Translations under genes and position numbers: made by a program
Source: an uncultured Oscillospiraceae bacterium
Lineage (GTDB): Bacteria; Bacillota; Clostridia; Oscillospirales; Oscillospiraceae
DNA: 32,000 nucleotides
Direction of reading: 5' to 3'
Assembly: GCA_934631005.1 (NCBI GenBank)
Contig: CAKTXA010000010.1
Span: 33,745-65,744, forward strand
Shown here: positions 25,038-32,000 of the stretch, piece by piece
Numbering within the stretch: position 1 is the stretch's first letter
How the letters are laid out: each line of letters opens with the position of its first letter
Notes under the pieces: generated by a model
Databases searched by the model: none
Seen by the model: only the letters and a program-made list of their open reading frames with translations
What the model was told of the DNA's origin: nothing

Positions 25038-27677
25038 ATGAGAAAAGAATTACCCAAACAGTACGATCCCAAGCAGGTCGAGGGCCAGATCTACGAGATG
25101 TGGATGGAAAACGACTGCTTCAAGGCCACGCCCGATCCCGACAAAAAGCCCTACTGCATCGTCATGCCGCCCCCTAATGTGACGGGCCAGCTGCATATGG
25201 GCCACGCGCTGGACTCCACGCTGCAGGATATTCTGACGCGCTACCGCCGGATGCAGGGCTACAGCGCCCTGTGGCTGCCGGGCACGGATCACGCGGGCAT
25301 CGCCACGCAGATCAAGGTCGAGGAAGAGCTGCGCAAGAACGAGGGCCTGACGCGCTACGACCTCGGGCGTGAAAAATTCCTCGAGCGCGTGTGGGCGTGG
25401 AAGGAAAAGTACGGCAGCCGCATCGTGCAGCAGCAGAAGAAGCTGGGCGTGTCGTGCGACTGGTCGCGCAGCCGCTTTACGATGGACGAGGGCTGCTCCA
25501 AAGCCGTGCGCGAGACGTTCTGCGAGCTGTACGACAAGGGCCTTATTTACAAGGGCAGCCGCATCATCAACTGGTGCCCGCACTGCATCACGGCGCTGTC
25601 CGACGCCGAGGTCGAATATGTCGACAAGCCCGGCCATCTGTGGTATATCCGCTATCCGCTGTCCGACGGCAGCGGCGACATCGTGGTCGCCACCACCCGC
25701 CCCGAGACGATGATGGGCGACACGGGCGTGGCCGTGAACCCCGAGGACGAGAAGTTCAAGCACCTCATCGGCAAGACGTGCATCCTGCCCATTATGAACC
25801 GCGAGATCCCCATCATCGGCGACGAATACTGCGAGATCGGCTTCGGCACTGGCGCGGTCAAGATGACCCCAGCGCACGACCCCAACGACTTTGAGGTCGG
25901 CCTGCGGCACAATCTCGAGATCATCCGCGTCATCGCCGACGACGGTAAAATCAATGAAAACGGCGGCAAATACAACGGCATGGACCGCTATGAGTGCCGC
26001 AAGGCGATCGTAAAGGATCTGGAGGAACAGGGCTACCTCATCAAGACCGAGCCGTACAGCCACAACGTGGGCACGTGCTACCGCTGCCACAACGACGTGG
26101 AGCCGCTCATCTCCGCGCAGTGGTTCGTGAAGATGGAGCCGCTGGCCAAGGAGGCGCTGCGCATCGTGAAGGACGGCGGCGTGCGCTTTGTGCCCGACCG
26201 GTTCACGAAAATTTATAACAACTGGATGGAAAACGTGCACGACTGGTGCATCTCGCGCCAGCTGTGGTGGGGCCATCAGATCCCGGCGTGGTACTGCGCC
26301 GACTGCGGGCACATCAACGTCTCCCGCGAGGATCCCACGAAGTGCGAAAAGTGCGGCAGCACGAAGCTCACGCGCGACGAGGACGTGCTGGATACGTGGT
26401 TCTCGTCGGCCCTGTGGCCGTTCTCCACGCTCGGCTGGCCCGACCTGGACGCTGCCGATCTCAAGTACTGGTACCCGACGACCGATATGGTCACGGGCTA
26501 TGACATCATTTTCTTCTGGGTGGCGCGCATGATCTTCTCCGGCATGGAGCAGATGAAGCAGGAGCCGTTCAAGACCGTGTTCATCCACGGCCTGGTGCGC
26601 GACGACAAGGGCCGCAAGATGTCCAAGTCTCTCGGCAACGGCATCGACCCGCTGGAGATGGCCGACACCTACGGCGCGGACGCGCTGCGCTTTAACCTCA
26701 TCACCGGCAACTCGCCCGGCAACGATATGCGCTTCTACGTGGAAAAGTGCGAGGCCATGCGCAACTTTGCCAACAAGATCTGGAACGCCAGCCGCTATGT
26801 GCTGATGAACCTGAGCGTGGACGAGCCGGGCCTGCCGGATGTTTCCAAGCTCGAGCTTGAGGACAAGTGGGTGCTGTCGAAGCTCAACACGCTCATCCGC
26901 GAGGTCACGGAGAATATGGACGCGTATGAGCTGGGCGTGGCGTCGGCCAAGGTGTATGATTTCATCTGGGACACGTACTGCGACTGGTACATCGAGCTGA
27001 CGAAGGCGCGGCTGTATGACGCCGATGACGACAGCAAGCGCACCGCGCAGCAGGTGCTCGTGTATGTGCTCGATCAGCTGCTGCGGCTGCTGCATCCGTT
27101 CATGCCGTTCATCACCGAGGAGATCTGGCAGGCCATCCCGCACGCGGGCGACTTCCTCATCCGCGCCGAGTGGCCCACGCCGCAGGCGGCGCTGGACTTT
27201 GCCGCGGAGGCGGACGCGCTGGAGATGGTGAAAAACGCGATCTCGGCCATCCGCGCGCGCCGGGCGGAGATGAACGTCCCGCCGTCGCGCAAGGCGGCGC
27301 TGTATGTGGTGTCGGCGCACAGCGACTATTTCCGGCAGGGCGAGGGCTTTATCCGCCGTCTGGCCTACGCCGATCAGGTCGTGCTGTGCGACGCGGATCC
27401 CGCGGGGCATGAGGATATGCTCTGCGTCGTCACCGCCGACGCCAAGCTCTATATCCCACTCGATCAGCTCATCGACACTGAGAAGGAGCTGGCGCGCATC
27501 GCGAAGGAAAAGGAGAACTGCCTGAAGCAGATCGCGATGTTTGAAGGAAAGCTCGCAAACGAGAGCTTTGTGGCCAGAGCGCCGGAAAAGGTCGTAAACG
27601 ATCAGCGCGACAAGCTCGCCAAGGCAAGAGCGCTGCTGGAGCAGCTGGAGAGCAGCGAAAAGCGACTGAAAAAATAA
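25038..27677 (+). CDS. valS: Valine--tRNA ligase
   Basis: It has the class I HIGH motif ([13 protein letters not shown]), the KMSKS motif, a CP1 editing domain and the C-terminal coiled coil typical of ValS. AGGAG lies upstream of the ATG. Confidence 0.95.
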   Translation: MRKELPKQYDPKQVEGQIYEMWMENDCFKATPDPDKKPYCIVMPPPNVTGQLHMGHALDSTLQDILTRYRRMQGYSALWLPGTDHAGIATQIKVEEELRKNEGLTRYDLGREKFLERVWAWKEKYGSRIVQQQKKLGVSCDWSRSRFTMDEGCSKAVRETFCELYDKGLIYKGSRIINWCPHCITALSDAEVEYVDKPGHLWYIRYPLSDGSGDIVVATTRPETMMGDTGVAVNPEDEKFKHLIGKTCILPIMNREIPIIGDEYCEIGFGTGAVKMTPAHDPNDFEVGLRHNLEIIRVIADDGKINENGGKYNGMDRYECRKAIVKDLEEQGYLIKTEPYSHNVGTCYRCHNDVEPLISAQWFVKMEPLAKEALRIVKDGGVRFVPDRFTKIYNNWMENVHDWCISRQLWWGHQIPAWYCADCGHINVSREDPTKCEKCGSTKLTRDEDVLDTWFSSALWPFSTLGWPDLDAADLKYWYPTTDMVTGYDIIFFWVARMIFSGMEQMKQEPFKTVFIHGLVRDDKGRKMSKSLGNGIDPLEMADTYGADALRFNLITGNSPGNDMRFYVEKCEAMRNFANKIWNASRYVLMNLSVDEPGLPDVSKLELEDKWVLSKLNTLIREVTENMDAYELGVASAKVYDFIWDTYCDWYIELTKARLYDADDDSKRTAQQVLVYVLDQLLRLLHPFMPFITEEIWQAIPHAGDFLIRAEWPTPQAALDFAAEADALEMVKNAISAIRARRAEMNVPPSRKAALYVVSAHSDYFRQGEGFIRRLAYADQVVLCDADPAGHEDMLCVVTADAKLYIPLDQLIDTEKELARIAKEKENCLKQIAMFEGKLANESFVARAPEKVVNDQRDKLAKARALLEQLESSEKRLKK

Positions 27678-27721
27678 GTGCCGCGCCCGTTCGACGGGAA
27701 AATCACGGCAGAAAATCTATA

Positions 27722-27760
27722 ATGGACACGCACACCGGGTGTGCGTGTCCATTTTTGTTT
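27722..27760 (+). terminator. Intrinsic terminator after valS
   Basis: A 14-bp perfect stem, ATGGACACGCACAC / GTGTGCGTGTCCAT, is followed by TTTTGTTT. Confidence 0.8.
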
Positions 27761-27776
27761 CCGGGAGGGTGTACCG

Positions 27777-28100
27777 ATGAATCTGACAAGTTTTTTGCAG
27801 GAAAAGCAGCTGACCATCGCCCTGCGCGGCGAGATCGACCATCATTCCGCGCGCGATATTCTGCGCGTGGTGGGCAATAAGATCGACCTGTACCTGCCGC
27901 TGGCGTGCGTACTGGATTTTCGTGAGGTCACGTTTATGGACTCCAGCGGCATCGCCATCGTCATCTCGGCGCTGCGCAAAATGCGCGAGCTGAACGGCCG
28001 GCTCGTGCTGCGCGCCGTGCCGCCGCAGCCGATGAAGGTGCTGCGCGCCTCCGGCATGGAGCAGATCGTGGAAATTGAGGAGAGGAGCGTACCCGTATGA
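27777..28100 (+). CDS. spoIIAA: Anti-sigma F factor antagonist SpoIIAA (STAS domain)
   Basis: GEIDHHSA and the phosphorylatable serine context FMDSSGI are present. GGGAGGG lies 7 nt upstream of the ATG at 27777. It is followed by spoIIAB and sigF. Confidence 0.88.
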   Translation: MNLTSFLQEKQLTIALRGEIDHHSARDILRVVGNKIDLYLPLACVLDFREVTFMDSSGIAIVISALRKMRELNGRLVLRAVPPQPMKVLRASGMEQIVEIEERSVPV

Positions 28101-28537
28101 AGCCTGAAAACAGCATGAGCATCGAATTTCCCAGCCGGTCGGCAAACGAGTCTCTCGCGCGCGCCGTGGTGGCGTGCTTCGCCGCGCAGCTCGACCCCAC
28201 GCTCGACGAGCTGGGCGACATTAAAACGGCGGTGTCCGAGGCGGTGACGAACTGCATCGTCCACGCCTACCGCGATACGATCGGGCCCATCACCATCCGC
28301 TGCCGCGTGCTGCCGGACAATGTGCTGGACATTCTGGTGAAGGACAAGGGGTGCGGCATCGCGGACGTGGCCGAGGCGCGAAAGCCGATGTTCACCACCG
28401 GCGGCGAGGAGCGCAGCGGCATGGGCTTTACGATCATGGAGAGCTTTATGACGAGCCTGCGCGTAACGTCCCGCCCCGGCAAGGGCACGAGCGTACATAT
28501 GAAGCGCCGGATCGTCCGGCGGGGGCAGGCGGATTGA
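28097..28537 (+). CDS. spoIIAB: Anti-sigma F factor SpoIIAB (serine protein kinase)
   Basis: It has a GHKL fold with SEAVTNCIVHAY, DKGCGI and SGMGFTIM. Its ATG overlaps the spoIIAA stop codon in an ATGA arrangement. Confidence 0.9.
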   Translation: MKPENSMSIEFPSRSANESLARAVVACFAAQLDPTLDELGDIKTAVSEAVTNCIVHAYRDTIGPITIRCRVLPDNVLDILVKDKGCGIADVAEARKPMFTTGGEERSGMGFTIMESFMTSLRVTSRPGKGTSVHMKRRIVRRGQAD

Positions 28538-29238
28538 GTGCGGCTCTGGAGCAGCTGGTCCTGCGCGCGCAGGCGGGCGACCGGGACGCCGCGGAGCAGC
28601 TGGTGACGGAGAATTCCGGGCTCATCTGGTCGGTGGCGCGGCGGTATTTTGGCCGCGGCATCGACCCGGACGACCTGTATCAGCTCGGCTGCGTCGGCTT
28701 TCTCAAGGCCATCGCTGGCTTTGATACCGCCTACGGCACGCAGTTTTCCACCTACGCCGTGCCGAAGATCGCGGGGGAGATCCGCCGCTTTCTGCGCGAT
28801 GACGGCAGCGTGAAGGTCAGCCGCAGCATCAAGGAGCGCGCCGCAAACATCAAGATGGCGCGCCAGCGCCTGACGGCGGAGCTGGGGCGCGAGCCGGGCG
28901 TTTCGGAGCTGGCGGCGGAGCTGGGCCTGACGCCGGAGGAGATCGCCTCGGCCGAGACGGCCACGGCCAGCGCCGAGTCCATCCAGCGGCAGACGGGCGA
29001 GGAGGGCTTTTCGCTGGAGGACGTTTTGTGCACCGACGGCATGGAGGAGCGCATCGTGGAGTCGCTTTCGCTGCGCGCGGCGCTCTCGCAGCTCTCCGGC
29101 CGGGAGCGGCTGGTGATCGACCTGCGGTATTTCCATGCACTCACGCAGGAGAAGGTGGCAAGGATCATCGGCGTATCGCAGGTACAGGTCAGCCGCATCG
29201 AGAAAAAGGCGTTGGCGAATCTCAGAAATTTTATTTAA
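28534..29238 (+). CDS. sigF: RNA polymerase sporulation sigma factor SigF
   Basis: Region 2 reads LIWSVARRYFGRGIDPDDLYQLGCVGFLKAI..FSTYAVPKIAGEIRRFLRDDGSVKVSRS. Region 4 reads QEKVARIIGVSQVQVSRIEKKAL. The start is inferred as TTG at 28534, overlapping the spoIIAB TGA. The only in-frame ATG is at 28351 and would add about 60 Arg-rich residues. Confidence 0.85.
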   Translation: MSAALEQLVLRAQAGDRDAAEQLVTENSGLIWSVARRYFGRGIDPDDLYQLGCVGFLKAIAGFDTAYGTQFSTYAVPKIAGEIRRFLRDDGSVKVSRSIKERAANIKMARQRLTAELGREPGVSELAAELGLTPEEIASAETATASAESIQRQTGEEGFSLEDVLCTDGMEERIVESLSLRAALSQLSGRERLVIDLRYFHALTQEKVARIIGVSQVQVSRIEKKALANLRNFI

Positions 29239-29241
29239 GTA

Positions 29242-29270
29242 TCGACAAAAAAGGCGGAATGTATTAAAAT
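29242..29270 (+). promoter_or_regulatory. Candidate sigma-A promoter for pcrA
   Basis: TCGACA (29242-29247) is followed by a 17-nt spacer and TAAAAT (29265-29270), ending 30 nt upstream of the pcrA ATG. Confidence 0.45.
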
Positions 29271-29300
29271 AGCGGTATCTATAGAGGTACAGGTGAACGC

Positions 29301-31727
29301 ATGGATACAAGCTATGAACAGCGATTTCTGACCGTGCGGCGGGCCATCATCGCCGCGCGGTTTTCAAAACTCAACGATATGCAGCAAAAAGCGGTCCTCA
29401 CCACGGAGGGACCGCTGCTTTTGCTTGCCGGCGCGGGCAGCGGCAAAACGACCGTGCTCATCCACCGCATCGCGAACCTCATCGACTTCGGCTGCGCGTC
29501 GGATTCGAACGAGATCCCCGATTTTGTGACGGAGCAGGACGTGGAATTTCTGGAGTCCTACCTGCGCACGCAGCGCGCTGCGGATATGCAGCGGGCGCAC
29601 GCGCTGTGCGCCCTGCGCCCCGCCGCGCCGTGGAGCATCATCGCCATCACGTTTACGAACAAGGCGGCCAACGAGCTGAAGGACCGCCTGCAGGCCATGC
29701 TCGGCGACGAGGCGCTGGACGTGTGGGCGATGACGTTCCACGCGGCGTGCTGCCGCATCCTGCGGCGCGATATTGACAGGCTCGGCGGCTACACGGGCAG
29801 ATTTACCATCTATGACACCAGCGACTCCGAGCGCGTGGTGAAGGACATCGTGCGCGATCAGTGTCTGGATGAAAAGGCATTCCCGCCGCGGCTGGTGCTG
29901 TCGCTTATCGGCAAGGCAAAGGACAAGCGCCAAAGCCCGGAGGATTTTGAAGAGACCGCCGCCCACTCCGGCGACTGGCGCATCGAGCGCACGGCGCAGA
30001 TCTACGCCGAGTATCAAAAGCGCCTGCTGGAGGCAAACGCGCTCGATTTTGACGACATCATCCTGAAAACCGTGGAGCTTCTGGAGCAGTTTGAGGACGT
30101 GCGCACCTACTATCAGCGCAAGTTCCGCTATGTGCTCATCGACGAGTATCAGGACACGAATATGCTGCAGTATCAGCTCTCGTCGCTGCTGGCGGGGGGA
30201 TATGAGAATATCTGCGTCGTGGGTGACGACGACCAGTCCATCTACAAGTTCCGCGGCGCGACGATCGAGAACATCCTCTCGTTTGAGCAGCAGTACAAGG
30301 GCGCGCAGGTCATCCGGCTGGAGCAGAACTACCGCTCCACGCAGTCGATCCTGAACGCGGCCAACGCCGTCATCGCCCACAACCGCGGGCGTAAGGGCAA
30401 GAACCTGTGGACAAAGAACGCCGCGGGCGACCGCATCCGCGTGTATGAGGCCCTGAGCGAGACGGACGAGGCCAATTATGTGGCCAGCAGCATCATCTCA
30501 AGCTCCCACGGGCGAAATTTTCGTGATTACGCGATCTTGTACCGCACGAACGCGCAGTCGAACGCCATGGAAAATGCCTTCAAGCGCAGCGGCATCCCAT
30601 ACCGCATCATCGGCGGCACACGCTTTTTTGACCGCGCAGAGGTGAAGGATATGCTGGCGTATCTGTGCGTCATCAATAACCGCGCCGACGATCTGCGCCT
30701 GCGTCGGATCGTCAATAACCCGCCGCGCGGCATCGGCGCGAAAACGCTGGAGATGGCCGACCGGCAGGCGCTGGCGGCGGGACTGCCGCTGTATGACGTG
30801 CTGCGCAGCGCGCGGGACTATCCGAGTCTGGAAAAAGCCGGCGCGAAGCTGGCGGCGTTCTGCGCGCTCATCGAGGAATGCGCAGAGCTTCTGAACACGC
30901 TCAGCCTGCCGGATTTTTATGAGGAGGTCATGCTCCGCACGGGCTATGTCGCCATGCTGGAGGCGAAGGACGACGTGGAGTCCCGCACGCGGGCGGAGAA
31001 CGTCCGCGAGCTCAAATCCACCATCGTGCAGTACGCCGAGAGCACCGACACGCCCACGCTGGCGGAATTTCTGGAGCAGATCGCACTGTATACCGACATT
31101 GAGCAGTACGACGCCGACGCGGACGCCGTGGTGATGATGACGATGCACAGCGCGAAGGGATTGGAATTTGAAAACGTGTTCCTTGTGGGCATGGAGGAGG
31201 GGCTGTTCCCCGGCACGCGCTGCTTGGGCGAGCCGGAGGAGCTGGAGGAGGAGCGGCGGCTTTGCTATGTGGCCATCACGCGGGCGAAAAAGACGCTGTG
31301 CCTGTGCCACGCGCGGCAGCGTATGCTCTACGGCCGCACGAGCGTGAACCTTCCCTCGCGCTTTCTCGACGAGCTGCCGCCCGACTGCGTGGAGCGGCGC
31401 AGCGCCGGGGGAATGCCGGAGCGCCGCACGGGGTCGTATGAGCGTCCGCGGCCGTCGCTCTACGGCGAGGAGCCGCGCTATTTTGACCAGAGCTACAAGC
31501 CGCGCCCCGTGCGCGACCACTCAGTTCTCACCGCGCCGCGCAGCAAGAAAACCGCCGCGTGCCCGTTTTCCAAGGGCGATATGGTGATGCACAAGGCGTT
31601 TGGCCGCGGGATGGTGCTGACCGTGCTGCCCATGGGCGGCGACGCGCTGCTGGAGGTGGCGTTTGACGGCGTGGGCACGAAGCGCCTGATGGCGAACACC
31701 GCGGGCGTGCACATGAAAAAGTTATAA
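29301..31727 (+). CDS. pcrA: ATP-dependent DNA helicase PcrA (UvrD/Rep family)
   Basis: The SF1 motifs are AGAGSGKT, FTNKAA, DEYQDTN, VGDDDQSIYKFRGA, YRS, TMHSAKGLEF and VAITRA. The C-terminal Tudor-like tail reads VMHKAFGRGMV. Confidence 0.93.
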   Translation: MDTSYEQRFLTVRRAIIAARFSKLNDMQQKAVLTTEGPLLLLAGAGSGKTTVLIHRIANLIDFGCASDSNEIPDFVTEQDVEFLESYLRTQRAADMQRAHALCALRPAAPWSIIAITFTNKAANELKDRLQAMLGDEALDVWAMTFHAACCRILRRDIDRLGGYTGRFTIYDTSDSERVVKDIVRDQCLDEKAFPPRLVLSLIGKAKDKRQSPEDFEETAAHSGDWRIERTAQIYAEYQKRLLEANALDFDDIILKTVELLEQFEDVRTYYQRKFRYVLIDEYQDTNMLQYQLSSLLAGGYENICVVGDDDQSIYKFRGATIENILSFEQQYKGAQVIRLEQNYRSTQSILNAANAVIAHNRGRKGKNLWTKNAAGDRIRVYEALSETDEANYVASSIISSSHGRNFRDYAILYRTNAQSNAMENAFKRSGIPYRIIGGTRFFDRAEVKDMLAYLCVINNRADDLRLRRIVNNPPRGIGAKTLEMADRQALAAGLPLYDVLRSARDYPSLEKAGAKLAAFCALIEECAELLNTLSLPDFYEEVMLRTGYVAMLEAKDDVESRTRAENVRELKSTIVQYAESTDTPTLAEFLEQIALYTDIEQYDADADAVVMMTMHSAKGLEFENVFLVGMEEGLFPGTRCLGEPEELEEERRLCYVAITRAKKTLCLCHARQRMLYGRTSVNLPSRFLDELPPDCVERRSAGGMPERRTGSYERPRPSLYGEEPRYFDQSYKPRPVRDHSVLTAPRSKKTAACPFSKGDMVMHKAFGRGMVLTVLPMGGDALLEVAFDGVGTKRLMANTAGVHMKKL

Positions 31728-31771
31728 TCCGCCCCGCCTCGTTCGTAGAATGCTACGAGAGAGGTGACGGC

Positions 31772-32000
31772 ATGAATCGCAGACGAAGAGCCAGACGGCG
31801 CGCTGTTCTGATCGCGCTGCCGCTGCTGCTGATCCTGGCGTTCGTGATCTACTTCCGCTACACGCCCTATGTGCGCGAGGCGGCGCGGGTGCGCGTTGTG
31901 AATGCGGCGTCCGACTGGCTGGTGGATGCGATCAACGCGGAGCTGCGCAGCGGGCGCATCGACTTTTCGCACATGACGTATCTGGAAAAGGATGTGAACG
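31772..32000 (+). CDS. yunB: Probable sporulation protein YunB, 3' end truncated by the window edge
   Basis: This ORF is not in the supplied track because it is open at the window end. GAGAGGTGA lies upstream of the ATG at 31772. The translation is MNRRRRARRRAVLIALPLLLILAFVIYFRYTPYVREAARVRVVNAASDWLVDAINAELRSGRIDFSHMTYLEKDVN. That is, a basic N-terminus, one TM helix, then the A...N.A.......I......I.Y......E.D pattern seen in YunB. Confidence 0.5.
   Translation, partial: MNRRRRARRRAVLIALPLLLILAFVIYFRYTPYVREAARVRVVNAASDWLVDAINAELRSGRIDFSHMTYLEKDVN

Noticed and set aside
27685-27725. I looked for a sigma-H type promoter (RnAGGAwWW - 11-12 nt - RnnGAAT) for the spoIIA operon.
   Set aside because: ACGGGAAAA loosely resembles the -35 element, but no GAAT-type -10 element occurs at the required spacing.
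28351-28533. An upstream ATG start at 28351 for sigF would give a 295-aa product.
   Set aside because: It would add about 60 Arg/Gly-rich residues encoded entirely inside spoIIAB in another frame. Alignment with SigF proteins begins near the TTG at 28534.
1-32000. I looked for CRISPR arrays, tRNA or rRNA genes, transposases, integrases, prophage genes, toxin-antitoxin pairs and known defence genes.
   Set aside because: No regularly spaced direct repeats, tRNA-like T-loop/acceptor structures or diagnostic protein motifs were seen in any gap or ORF. All sizeable ORFs are accounted for by housekeeping, envelope, repair or sporulation families.

Overview
This is a high-GC chromosomal core region of an endospore-forming Firmicute. 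The class Clostridia is inferred from gene content, and an Oscillospiraceae/Ruminococcaceae-like origin is only a guess. About 32 protein genes are tightly packed, mostly on the + strand, and many have overlapping stop/start codons. They fall into four groups. (1) Cell envelope: U32 peptidase, an SLH-anchored NlpC/P60 hydrolase, murT-gatD, and a D-Ala-D-Ala carboxypeptidase. (2) DNA repair: xth, family-4 UDG, recO, mutS2, uvrC, pcrA. (3) Sporulation: ylbJ, yqfC, yqfD, a GerM-like lipoprotein, spoIIAA-spoIIAB-sigF, and a yunB-like gene. (4) Housekeeping: phoH, ybeY, era, yqzL, rsmD, coaD, valS. There is also an OmpR-type two-component system, a ComEA-like protein and an HPr/Crh-like protein. 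I saw no tRNA or rRNA genes, CRISPR array, transposase, integrase, phage genes or recognisable defence genes. I do not see a convincing novel multi-gene system, and the window reads as ordinary core genome. The points most worth a second look are all modest. A Val-type T-box leader sits in front of a YcxB-like membrane protein gene rather than directly before valS. The HPr-like protein carries Tyr at the His15 position while keeping Ser46. A GC-rich palindromic intergenic repeat occurs twice in inverted orientation, both times between convergent genes. murT shows leaderless-type promoter geometry. A terminator hairpin overlaps a TATAAT box just upstream of the spoIIA operon. A set of nested inverted repeats lies downstream of coaD. 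Many long ORFs in the six-frame track are shadow ORFs typical of high-GC DNA and were rejected.
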